36,579 nucleotides of DNA from Octopus bimaculoides (taxonomy: Eukaryota): contig NC_068982.1 of NCBI RefSeq assembly GCF_001194135.2, forward strand, positions 64,152,625 through 64,189,203. Direction: 5' to 3'. The notes beneath the pieces are model-generated. The model searched no databases, was not told the DNA's origin, and saw only the letters and a program-made list of their open reading frames with translations. Of this stretch, positions 1-10,185 are shown one piece after another. Each line of letters begins with the position of its first letter. Positions within the stretch are counted from its first letter, which is position 1. A program made the position numbers and the translations under genes.

Positions 1-39
1 ATATATATGCTTACTATAGCCTCACGCTGACCAAAACTC

Positions 40-548
40 AACAGGTTGTTCTGACCTCGTCTACAGAATTCATATTTTTTCTGTCCAAATGATTTTGAAG
101 ACTGCGGAATAATCAGATGGGGCAATGTTCGACGAATATGGTGGGTGGGGCATCGTTTCCCATTCAAACTGCTCCAGCCTATGGCCGAGCATTATCCTTC
201 TAGGCTGTAGTTTCCGGCTTGGAATTACTGGAACCACTATTGACACTGGCTTACGCTTATTGCCCAATCCCCATATACTGCATTAATATTCTTCGCACTT
301 TCTGTTACATTGTTGCCTTTATTGAACTCATAATGCAAAATATGCCGAATATGCTCCTTTGTCACTTCCATTATAGCTTTAAAAAAATAACTGTTAAAAT
401 CGAACTGCACTCTTCAAAACTAAGAATAAGTGCAAGGTAAAATTACTACCTGCTTTCATACCAAGTTGATGCAGGTAGTTTACTCTGTCTCACTCCAACT
501 TTTAGTTCATGCAACTGAAAAAACCACATTATTTATAGGATTACCCGA
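40..548 (-). mobile_element. Internally deleted mariner (Tc1/mariner) element, pseudogenised
   Basis: Minus strand from ATG at 371 reads MEVTKEHIRHILHYEFNKGNNVTESAKNINAVYGDWAISVSQCQ*WFQ*FQAGNYSLE (mariner N-terminal HTH). It is joined directly to DNARP and LEQFEWETMPHPPYSSNIAPSDY, then QNHLDRKNMNSVDEVRT after a frameshift (catalytic C-terminus). A TIR-like end TCGGGTAATCCTATAAATAATGTGGTTTTTT ends at 548, next to a TA run. Confidence 0.9.
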
Positions 549-1581
549 TATATATATATATGTGAATCCACATGGAGGAAGGACACTCTCATTTGAATCC
601 CACTATGCTAAGTCTCTGACCATTTTGTCTGTTTTTTGCTTGTTACCAGCAGGTGTTCCTTACCAGGTGTTTGTCGCTAGAAAATTTAGTGTGCAGGTAA
701 CTTTTTCCTCAAGCAGAGGTCAGTCCTCGAGCTTTTTGGAGCTACAAAAAGGCAGTGGGCCTTATGTTGGGCCTTATCTTGGGAAGGCTCGGATAAAGGT
801 AAGTACAGGGTCATAAAATTGTGAGCTGCTAAATCTGCACGCATGGCTGTAAATATCTATTGATTCGAACTAGAATAAAGAACTGGACCTTACTAAATGG
901 ATTAAAAAATTTTTTTTTCTTCACCCTTGTAAATGATGGAGGTAAACTTTTAATGAAAATCTACGGGTCCCTGCTTCCTATCTTCCAGAACTACTTTGTC
1001 TCTTTTTTTTTTCTTCACTAGCACTTAAAAGCAGTGGGAGACGCCTTTTAGATAGAAAAAAAAGATAAACTTTGAAAATTTATGAATTATTTTCAGTCCC
1101 ATCCCTCAGCAATTGTTTTTTCTGCACTGCGCACTTGAAGGTTAAAAAAAAAAAAATTCGAAATAGATTACCAATTCAATTCTCACTTCCTTTATTTTCA
1201 AACAGAAAATGAACCGTAATTTAAAAACAAGAGTGAAATGTTTTCAGTTTTTTTTTATTAACCCCGCTTCTCCATAAATCCTAAAATTTCGGCTTTTTAA
1301 AATCATAGCTTTAAAATATGGACAGTCCAAATCTGCAATTTATTTCTGTGATTTTAGGGAAGTTTGGCTGATGTTTCTAGCACATCCTACGACCACCTGT
1401 CAGGTACCTTCCTCGTTTCTTTGTCACTCGTATTAATGTTTTTCGATATTTTTCTCCTTATAAACACATTTTATAGAATGATGTGGTGGTCCATTGCTGA
1501 AATTTAAACAACAAAAACAATCTGGAATTCAAATTTTTAACCCCCACCCGCACCATGTGAGTTCGTGTGTGTGTGTGTGTA

Positions 1582-3329
1582 AGAAAAATATAGGTTAATG
1601 TTTACAATATTACCGGGAAACGAAAAAAAAAAATAGTGCAACAGATGTAAAAACATATGTGTAGGAAACGAATATGAAAAAAATGCGCGGAAAGCAATGG
1701 AGGGCGGTTAGAGGACTGCGGAAAATTCACAAGATCTGAGTTTCTCCCTCATAACTTTTAGGAAAATGGGTTTTTTAAAATGAAATTTTACATAAATACC
1801 TTTCAAACGGCATACATTATGGTTATAAAGAAATTTGTGGGTAAAATCTTTTCCGAGGGGACAAGATCCGAGGTTTTCGCCCATAACTTTGAGGAAAATA
1901 AATATCTTTTAATGAAATTGTATATAGATACCTTTCAAACGACATGCACTACGGATGCCTAATGTGCCGTAAACCCCTTATTTTTTTGTTCGGAAAAAAG
2001 AAAAAAGAAAAAAAGGCGGGGGACCCCAATAAGTGCGTTTTTGAAGGTGAGGTGCGAAACTGCATTAGCCCCTTTTCTTTACCCATATTTTCAGATAACA
2101 TTTTGCAGAAATACGTTTTCTAGATTGTGGATTACATTAGATTGAAAATCTAAACAAATTTGAAAAGAATAATAAGTGAATATGCTGAAGTTACAAAAAT
2201 TAGTGGTAGCGAAGTCTGAACAGGAGAGAGAAAGAATGATACAAAATCCTTACAAAAACCACGTTAGTGTGTGTATGTGTGAAACAAGTAAAATTATTAA
2301 AACAAAATATCTTTTACATACCTCTTAAAAATCACTGGATATATTAATCCCAGATTGCAGATTGTGGCATATTAGGTCACCGTAATTCATTCATCGAAAA
2401 AAAGAAATACATTTTCCAGTAATTCCGGTTTCTCCCTCACCCTTTTTTTTCCGAACAAAAAATAAGGGGTTTGCGGCACATTAGGCATCCGTAATGCATG
2501 CCGTTTGAAAGGTATGCATATACTCTTTTACCTGTTTCAGTCATTTGACTGTGACCATGCTGGAGCACCGCCTTTGTAAGCCTAGTACTTATTCGTTCGG
2601 CAAAAGAGTTTGCCGAACCGCTAAGTTACGGAGACATAAACACACCAGCATCGGTTGTCAAGCGATGTTGGGGGGACAGACACAGACACACAAACATATA
2701 CACACACATACATACATACATACACACACACATATATATATATGTAAATATATACGACGGGCTTCTTTCAGTTTCCGTCTACCAAATCCACTCACAAGGC
2801 TTTGGTCGGCCCGAGGCTATAGTAGAAGACACTTGCCCAAGGTGCCACGCAGTGGGACTGAACCCGGAACCATGTGGTTGGTAAGCAAGCTACTTACCAC
2901 ACAGCCACTCCTGCGCCTATATATATATACAACTTCATTAAAATATATCCATTTTCGTTAAAGTTACGAGGGAAAAATTCGGATCTTGTGAATTTTCCGA
3001 AGTCCTCACCACACCCCTTCGGAAAAGATTTTACCCACAAATTTCTTTATAATTGTAATCTATGCCGTTTGAAAGGTATTTATATAAAATTTTATTTTAA
3101 AAACCCACTTTCCTAAAAGTTTTTGGGGAAAAACTCGGATCTTGTGAATTTTCCGAAGTCCTCTCACCCCATTGCCTTCCACGCATTTTCGTTTTTATAT
3201 TCATTTCCTACACGTTTTCTTTACACATGTTGCCCTTTTTTGTTTTTATTTCGTTTCCGGGTAATATTGCAAACATAAACTTGTGGTTAATGCTTACAAT
3301 ATTATTGTAAACATTAATCAATATTTTCT
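1582..3329. mobile_element. Foldback-like non-autonomous DNA element with long, internally repeated inverted arms
   Basis: Left arm ~1582-2000 is the reverse complement of right arm ~2442-3329 once the SINE at 2521-2918 is removed (e.g. ggatgcctaatgtgccgtaaacccctta / taaggggtttgcggcacattaggcatcc). Each arm has a duplicated sub-repeat containing aatacctttcaaacggcata and ggaaaattcacaagatc. Spacer ~2001-2441. Confidence 0.8.
2521..2918 (-). mobile_element. tRNA-derived SINE, family A (octopus-type, internal (CA/TA)n tract)
   Basis: Minus-strand head AGGCGCAGGAGTGGCTGTGTGGTAAG...GGTTCAGTCCC (pol III A/B-box-like), then CCTTGGGCAAGTGTCTT, an internal microsatellite and tail ...CAGTCAAATGACTGAAACAGGTAAAAGAGTA. 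Homologous copies at 16505-16722, 16858-17025, 26591-26906 and 33225-33598. Confidence 0.9.
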
Positions 3330-3550
3330 AACAGAAAAGTGTTATTAAAATAAATTATCTTTTACGTACCCTTTTTAAAATCATTGTCGCCCTAATGAAA
3401 TTCATTACACATATGCACACACACACACACACTCTCAACGTAAGCGATATTTTTTAGTGAGTAAATAGAACTTGTGGGTAATAGCTATGATAAAATGAGA
3501 ATAAACATTAGAATTTTTAAATAAAATGAAAGCAATGCTTGAGAGATAAT

Positions 3551-3574
3551 ATACACAGAGAGAGAAAGAGAGAT

Positions 3575-3625
<51 letters not shown>

Positions 3626-3662
3626 ATGATAAAGACTATGGTAAATAATAGAGAGAGATAGA
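3551..3662. repeat. (GA)n/(GACA)n microsatellite
   Basis: Direct reading of the sequence. Confidence 0.95.
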
Positions 3663-3854
3663 CTCATGGTGATAGATAGAGTGGGAGAGCTGTCGATCTA
3701 AAAGCTGAGTTATTTCTCGTAAAAAATTATATATTTTTCTTATTATTTGCGGACGATCTTCTCTTTGGGACACAGATTTCGAAAACTCGTTTTTCTCGAG
3801 AACGTACCGTTATGTATGTCTAGCCCTGGGCTAAACACACATACATAACCAAGA

Positions 3855-3996
3855 CGGAGGTAAGGAATACGCACACCGCCCATTTTCGGCGTAACCCTAA
3901 CACTAACCCCTAAACCCTAACCCTAACCATAAACACCGGGTGTGCGTATTCGATCAAACTAAAGTATTTAGTTTGACCGCGTATTCTTTACCTTCG
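3855..3996. mobile_element. Small element with nested inverted repeats and telomere-like (CCCTAA) core (Helentron/HINE-like or MITE)
   Basis: Outer IR 3855-3872 / 3979-3996 (16/18 match); inner perfect 13-bp IR 3865-3877 / 3939-3951; 9-bp hairpin 3954-3976; degenerate TAACCC repeats 3892-3932. Confidence 0.55.
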
Positions 3997-4050
3997 CTCA
4001 TACACTCGCATATGATATAGTAGATATACGTGTAGACATACACTCGCATA

Positions 4051-4440
4051 TTTTTTTTTTTTTTGGCACTCCGTCGCTTACGACGTCGAGGGTTCCAGTT
4101 GATCCGATCAACGGAACAGCCTGCTCGTGAAATTAACGTGCAAGTGGCTGAGCACTCCACAGGCACGTGTACCCTTAAGGTAGTTCTCGGGGATATTCTG
4201 CGTGACACAGTGTGACAAGGCTGACCCTTTGAATTACAGGCACAACAGAAACAGGAAGTAAGAGTGAGAGAAAGTTGTGGGAAAGTGTACAGCAGGGTTC
4301 GCTACTATCCCATGCCGGAGCCTCGTGGAGATTTAGGTGTTTTCGCTCAATAAACGCTCACAACGTCCGGTCTGAGAATCGAAACCGCGATCCTATGACC
4401 GCGAGTCCGCTGCCCTAACCACTGGGCCATTGCGCCTCCA
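4051..4440 (-). mobile_element. tRNA-derived SINE, family B, full length with poly(A) tail
   Basis: Head GGAGGCGCAATGGCCCAGTGGTTAGGGCAGCGGACTCGCGG...GGTTTCGATTC; 3' end ...CGTCGTAAGCGACGGAGTGCC plus A14. TSD-like acactcgcata / acactcacata. Near-identical to 10534-10925 and 28241-28620. Confidence 0.92.
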
Positions 4441-4466
4441 CACTCACATATAATAGTAGATATACG

Positions 4467-4523
4467 GGATCTTTCTGATTTGACGGGCGCCACTTGTTGG
4501 CCCCCGTCAAATCAGAAAGATCC
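4467..4523. repeat. Perfect 21-bp inverted repeat (hairpin) with 15-nt loop
   Basis: ggatctttctgatttgacggg (4467-4487) is the exact reverse complement of cccgtcaaatcagaaagatcc (4503-4523). Confidence 0.9.
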
Positions 4524-5295
4524 GATATGAGCTACATCCCATTTTACCACATCTTTTTTCCATTCCAGTAATGCTGTATTTGCGTACGCGCGTGTGTATG
4601 TGTGTGTATGCAAACTAATAAATATTCCTCAAGAATATTGCCGAAGGTTCTAGGATTAGTGGCTGTCTTTATTTTCACCGCCGCTTCTACTAACGACATC
4701 ATTACATTCTTAAATTATACACGATGACTAAGAGTGATTGAAAGTGACTGAAGTGATTGTGAAACATTTTGAAAAAAATATAGAGAGTAAATAAGATATT
4801 CTACTGTCATCTTTTACATAAATAGTAACTGTTAGCTTATTTGATCTTCATTCGCAAACGAATTGGAATGATTTGTGAAAGAGTTATTTCATTTTATCCA
4901 TGTGTGCAATGAACTACATAGAGTTTCTCAGAAACTATGAAGTGTCCATTATAAAAGAGATATGCAAATAAAATAGCAGTCGATGCTAAACAATAAATAT
5001 CAGTCAAAATATAATCGTTGACAGGAAACAATGAGCAGATGTTCCTTGTCACTCGTATAAGCTGTCAAGTTTGTGTGTGTGTGCGGGCGCGTGTGTGTAT
5101 GTTTTCAAGGCCATGGATCTTGCAAATGAATTATGTCATGACCACCGACAGGCATGTATGTGATAGACGTTACCATAGTACATCTTCACCCTTCCCATGC
5201 TCTCTAATTCTCTAATGCTCTCTTTCTTAGTCTGCTTTATCTTCTCTCTTTCTCTCCCACTTTAGCTTTCGTACTTTTTCTCTCTCCATACACAC

Positions 5296-5338
<43 letters not shown>

Positions 5339-5574
5339 GATAGATAAATAGAGAGAGAGGGGGAAGGAGAGAGATATGTGTAAATACATACATAGATACA
5401 TATACATGTTATACATACACCCACATATATAGATTGATAGATAATCAATATGAACATATTTAGACATTATAAATAGAAGTACATAAAACTACATATAGTT
5501 ATTTAGCTATCTAGTTACACACACACACACACTCGGATTGATAGATAATCAATATAAACATACTCAGGCACTAT

Positions 5575-5760
5575 ATACACGGGTGTGGGCTGAAAAATTA
5601 ATAGGCTGGCTATGAAGGAGTGATGCTAGAGCTGTTAAATCTTGCATGCATTGAACTGACATCTGACTGTTCAAAGAAGACTTCAAAAGGAACTAGTAGC
5701 AACTTCTCTAGAAAATGGACAAAATCTTGCGTTGTGGTGTTATCATGTACCTGTAGTAAA
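5575..5760 (+). mobile_element. Possible mariner terminal fragment
   Basis: Begins TA-CACGGGTGTGGGCTGAAAAATTAATAGGCTG, resembling mariner TIR starts (TA-CGAGGG...CTGAAAAGTT). No coding homology seen. Confidence 0.3.
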
Positions 5761-5799
5761 AGGCTCCTAAAGCACATTCGTGTTGACGTGTTTGCAAAA

Positions 5800-6690
5800 A
5801 GATCGATTAGTCAGGAAGAAGTACAAAAAGGACATGAAGAAGAATTACACAAGAAAGGACTACGCAATCAATTCCATATAGGCACAATAGAAGTTGCTGG
5901 GGAAAAATAGGCAGGGTTAGCTGATGAAAGGAACGCAAAAAAAGAGACCGAGAGCACTATACCGGCAGCACAAGACCAAGCTCTGGCCACGAACTGGAGG
6001 GTCAACCTTAAGAATGAGCAAGTGTCCCCGCTGTGCCGCATCTGCAATAGCGTGGATAAAACCATTGCCCATATCACGAACGAATGCCCTAGACTTGCCC
6101 AAAACCACTACAAGTTGTGGCGACACGATCAGGTAGCGTAAGTGCTACATTGGAAACTGTAGGAAAAGTGGGACTAGAGAGAGGTAAGACGTGGTATGAG
6201 CACAAATCACAAAGAGTGGCGGAGTCGGAGACTAGCAAAATCCTCTGGGATTTCCCAATCCAAACAGATCATGTGGTAGAGCATAACAGACCGGACTTAA
6301 TGGTGGTGGACAAGGTGCACCACATATGCTATAGAGCCTCAAAGGTTGCATACCCCTTTGAGCCACGAATAGTCAAGAAGGAAGGCGAAGAGTGAGATAA
6401 GTACAACCCTCTTAAGTACCAAATAGACCGGCTATAGAACATGAAGAAGGTGAAAATAGTACCAATTGTTGGGTCCTTAAGAACAGTATCAGAAGGCATC
6501 AAAGGGGAATAGAGTGCCCAGTAGAACTGTTACAAAAGATTTGCCTCCTTAGCATGTCCAGAATAATCAGGAAAGTATTAGCTGAAAAGAACGGATAGCA
6601 TGGCACCGTTGGCTGCAGGTAGCAAGCCCGCTATGGATGCAAGACTCCAGGAGCTCCAACAAAACCGGTGATAAAAAGAAATAATAATGA
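5800..6690 (+). mobile_element. 5'-truncated R4/Dong-clade non-LTR retrotransposon (zinc knuckle + restriction-like endonuclease), pseudogenised
   Basis: From 5941: KETESTIPAAQDQALATNW...LCRICNSVDKTIAHITNECPRLAQNHYKLWRHDQVA*VLHWKL* (CCHC knuckle, RHD). After a frameshift: KTWYEHK...KILWDFPIQTDHVVEHNRPDLMVVDK (PD-D/ExK REL domain) ...KKVKIVPIV. Ends in an aataataat tail near 6680-6688. Confidence 0.88.
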
Positions 6691-6728
6691 GGTGTGTGTG
6701 TGCGTACGCATACATGCATACGTACATA

Positions 6729-6767
<39 letters not shown>

Positions 6768-6820
6768 ACACATATAATCGTTTTGCAAGATTCTTGATGT
6801 GAATTCGTGTGTTGAAACAG

Positions 6821-7024
6821 ATACTGTTGTATTTGGCAATGGTCACGTTGCAAGTTTAGTCAATAAAAACACACGCACTATATATTGGTGTTCACTTGCT
6901 TCAGCTTTATTTTATATTGATCTTTATTTTATATTAAAGCTGAAGCAAATGAACACCAAATATATAGTGCGTGTGCTTTTATTGGCTAAACTGACAACAT
7001 GACCATCCACAAATACAACAGTAT
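6821..7024. mobile_element. Palindromic MITE-like element (~90-bp arms)
   Basis: Arm 6821-6909 is an imperfect reverse complement of 6935-7024, with a 25-nt AT-rich centre and TA at both ends. Confidence 0.8.
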
Positions 7025-7498
7025 ATATATATATATATATATATNNNNNNNNNNNNNNNNNNNNNNNNNNNNNNNNNNNNNNNNNNNNNNNNNNNNNNNN
7101 NNNNNNNNNNNNNNNNNNNNNNNNNNNNNNNNNNNNNNNNNNNNNNNNNNNNNNNNNNNNNNNNNNNNNNNNNNNNNNNNNNNNNNNNNNNNNNNNNNNN
7201 NNNNNNNNNNNNNNNNNNNNNNNNNNNNNNNNNNNNNNNNNNNNNNNNNNNNNNNNNNNNNNNNNNNNNNNNNNNNNNNNNNNNNNNNNNNNNNNNNNNN
7301 NNNNNNNNNNNNNNNNNNNNNNNNNNNNNNNNNNNNNNNNNNNNNNNNNNNNNNNNNNNNNNNNNNNNNNNNNNNNNNNNNNNNNNNNNNNNNNNNNNNN
7401 NNNNNNNNNNNNNNNNNNNNNNNNNNNNNNNNNNNNNNNNNNNNNNNNNNNNNNNNNNNNNNNNNNNNNNNNNNNNNNNNNNNNNNNNNNNNNNNNNN

Positions 7499-7549
<51 letters not shown>

Positions 7550-7830
7550 ATATATACATATATATATATAAGTAAACATATATATATATATATATGAATA
7601 TATATATATATAAATATATATATATATAAATATATAAATATATATAAATATATATATATGTATATAAATAAATTTATACATAAATATATTAATAAATATA
7701 TATATATATATGTATATATATATAAATATATATATATATATGTATAAATATACATATATATATATAAATATAGATATATATATATATATAAAATATATAT
7801 ACATATAAATATATATATGTAAATATATAT
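7025..7830. repeat. (TA)n low-complexity tract with N gap (7045-7498)
   Basis: Direct reading of the sequence. Confidence 0.95.
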
Positions 7831-7836
7831 TTAAAT

Positions 7837-8443
7837 AATGTTAAATCTCTGAACGAGGTATTAACAGTAACTGCACGACAAGGTGAAGTATATTTGCCAC
7901 TTAAATGTGGCTGACCCCTAAGGGTGGATGTTACTGTTGCTTTTAGCCCCAGGAGAACATTTCCTCCAGCTGGCTATTGAAACACATCTGTGTCCTGTCT
8001 GTATTTGNNNNNNNNNNACATTTCCTCCAGCTGGCTATTGAAACACATCTGTGTCCTGTCTGTATTTGCAAAGGGAAGTCATCCTTCCCATCTTGATCTG
8101 TGATACGTACGGACTCGAGTTTCTGGGTATTTACCCGTCCTCAGCGTACGACAATCGCCGACCTTCGATGCGAAAAATGTCCCGATGCAAATGCATATAT
8201 CTTTTTCCAATGAAATTATTCACTGATCTCAAAAAAGTGAAAACAAGCAATGTTAAATCTCTGAACGAGGTATTAACAGTAACTGCACGACAAGGTGAAG
8301 TATATTTGCCACTTAAATACGGCTGACCCTTAAGGGTGGAGGTTACTGTTGCTTTTAGCCCCAGGAGAACATCGCCTCCAGCTGGCTATTGACACACATC
8401 TGTGTCCTGTCTGTATTTGCAAAGATGGCAAGGATGACTTTCC
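7837..8443 (-). mobile_element. Non-autonomous ~350-nt partially tandem unit carrying a hammerhead ribozyme (retrozyme / Penelope-like pseudo-LTR)
   Basis: Direct repeats start at 7837 and 8249 (aatgttaaatctctgaacgagg...gtatttg). The offset of 412 includes a 61-nt artefactual duplication across the 10-N gap, so the unit is about 351 nt. No ORF. Hammerhead motif at 8102-8156. Confidence 0.7.
8102..8156 (-). ncRNA. Minimal type I hammerhead ribozyme
   Basis: Minus strand reads CGUACG CUGAGGA C-GGGU-AAAU-ACCC-A GAAA CUCGAG UC^ CGUACG: 6-bp stem I, CUGANGA core, 4-bp stem II, GAAA, palindromic stem III segment and GUC triplet. Predicted cut between 8112 and 8111. Confidence 0.8.
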
Positions 8444-9306
8444 TCTCTCTGTCTCTCGGATTTTCTCTGTCAATCACTCACACATTCACTCACTACAAAA
8501 ACTAAATAAAAAATTTCAGTTATCTCTCTCTCTCTCTCTCATATACGCACACACCATCAACATTACTCTCTCTGTCTTGCACAGCCCATCAAACACACAT
8601 ACACACACACACAAACATACGCACGCACATCAATTCTTCCATCTCACGCCAACTTCCAAAGAAGTTCAGTCATAAAACTGTCCACGTCTCTTTTCATTTG
8701 ACGCCCACTTCAAAAGATCCCCTTTCCCCAAAACACATATTAAAAAAATATTTTCACTTGTCCGGCCATTGATCGAGAGATAAAACACAAACCATCTCCT
8801 AGTGACTGCAAAACTCCCGCCAAATTAGCCGCAGAAAATACATGCACACATGCACACACACACGTCCATTTCATATGTTTTTCACTTTCTCTATGATTAT
8901 ACACACGCCCAGTACAATAGCTCTCACATACATTTACGTCTTCAACAGGTATGTATCTATTCTATAATATAAATTGTTTTGCTATAAGCGTATAATAATT
9001 ACTTATTCCATATTCACTTAGCTTTTCTCTTCACTTTTCTTAAATTGGATACGTCTGCTATTAATTCTTACATACAATTTCCCCGTTAATTCTTACAACT
9101 TCATTGTTAAAGCAATTCTTAACGTCAACTTCTTAATGCCTCTTCTATTTTTCCTAGCCCCCATACTTACCGAGAACAGCAATTAAAACTTTTTCTAACG
9201 CAATTCTTCTTTCTTGCTCACACACCTTACAGTTTCTCATTCAAACTACATAATATGCAGAATTGTCGCATTAATAGAGTAGGGTGTTTTCAGGGAGATT
9301 TGGCTG

Positions 9307-9625
9307 CTATGGAAAGTTCCGAGGAGGGAGAGGAATTACTTCCTGGAAATTTNNNNNNNNNNNNNNNNNNNNNNNNNNNNNNNNNNNNNNNNNNNNNNNN
9401 NNNNNNNNNNNNNNNNNNNNNNNNNNNNNNNNNNNNNNNNNNNNNNNNNNNNNNNNNNNNNNNNNNNNNNNNNNNNNNNNNNNNNNNNNNNNNNNNNNNN
9501 NNNNNNNNNNNNNNNNNNNNNNNNNNNNNNNNNNNNNNNNNNNNNNNNNNNNNNNNNNNNNTGGGAATGGTAATTCCTGGAAAGTTCCAAGGATGATAGT
9601 TCCTGGAAAGTTCCCAGGATGAGCT
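9307..9625. repeat. 26-bp minisatellite spanning an N gap
   Basis: Unit ggatgatagttcctggaaagttccca; TTCCTGGAA at 9340, 9574 and 9600 (offsets 234 = 9x26, and 26). Confidence 0.7.
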
Positions 9626-10185
9626 ACTCCCATTGGTGAAGACGTTTTCATCTTGTTGCTTAAAAAAGTCAACAGCAGATACAACGTCATCATCACTGCA
9701 ATACTGATTTCCAGCCAAGTATTTTTTCATGTTGGGGAACAGATGATAGTCAGATGCGACCAAATCAAGAGAATAGGGACGGTGATCAACCAGTTCAAAG
9801 TCATAGTCACGCACAACTGTCATTCTTTTCTACTCTAGGCACAAGGCCCGAAATTTTGGGAGAGGGGGCCAGTCGATTAGATCGACCCCAATATGCAACT
9901 GATACGTAATTTATCGACCCCGAAAGGATGAAAGGCAAAGTCGACTTCGGCGGAATTTGAACTCAGAACGTAGACAGACGAAATAACGATAAGCATTTCA
10001 GCCGGCGTGCCAACGTTTCTGCCAGCATGAAGCACAGCAATCATTGAAATCATGGACAAGTATGCTGGAGCATTGTCCTGATGAAGCAAAACTTTTTTCA
10101 TCACTTTTCCTGGGCATTTGGTCTTGATAACCTTTCGTAACTGCCTTAGAAAATTGGTATACTACTCTCTATTGATGGTGTGAAG
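9625..10185 (-). mobile_element. Mariner transposase C-terminal fragment split by a SINE
   Basis: 10185-10027 reads TINRE*YTNFLRQLRKVIKTKCPGKVMKKVLLHQDNAPAY. 9823-9625 reads VRDYDFELVDHRPYSLDLVASDYHLFPNMKKYLAGNQYCSDDDVVSAVDFF. Both are mariner catalytic-domain motifs (DNAPAH, YSPDLAPSDY). Confidence 0.9.
9826..10026 (-). mobile_element. tRNA-derived SINE, family C
   Basis: Minus strand GCTGGCAGAAACGTTGGCACGCCGG...GAGTTCAAATTCCGCC (B box), central CCTTTCATCCTTTCGGGGTCGATAAATT, tail GGCCTTGTGCCTAGAGTAGAAAAG. Many homologues elsewhere in the window. Confidence 0.88.

Noticed and set aside
430-816. 128-aa ORF with splice-like sites (cag/gtgttc at ~652, aag/gtaagt at ~798)
   Set aside because: Overlaps the mariner end and no recognisable protein; splice signals alone are insufficient.
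3892-3932. Possible true telomere or chromosome-fusion scar
   Set aside because: Only ~40 bp, degenerate, and embedded in an inverted-repeat element.
4360-4440. tRNA-like sequences at SINE heads (also 2850-2918, 10534-10610)
   Set aside because: No complete cloverleaf or acceptor stem; they continue into SINE bodies, so they are not tRNA genes.
6924-7804. Long ORFs of 190-272 aa (also 19472-20282, 29446-30211, 33658-34324)
   Set aside because: They run through N gaps and (TA)n/(CA)n tracts; no real coding content.
7957-8069. Exact ~51-bp direct duplication either side of a 10-N gap
   Set aside because: Typical overlapping contig ends in scaffolding; treated as an assembly artefact.
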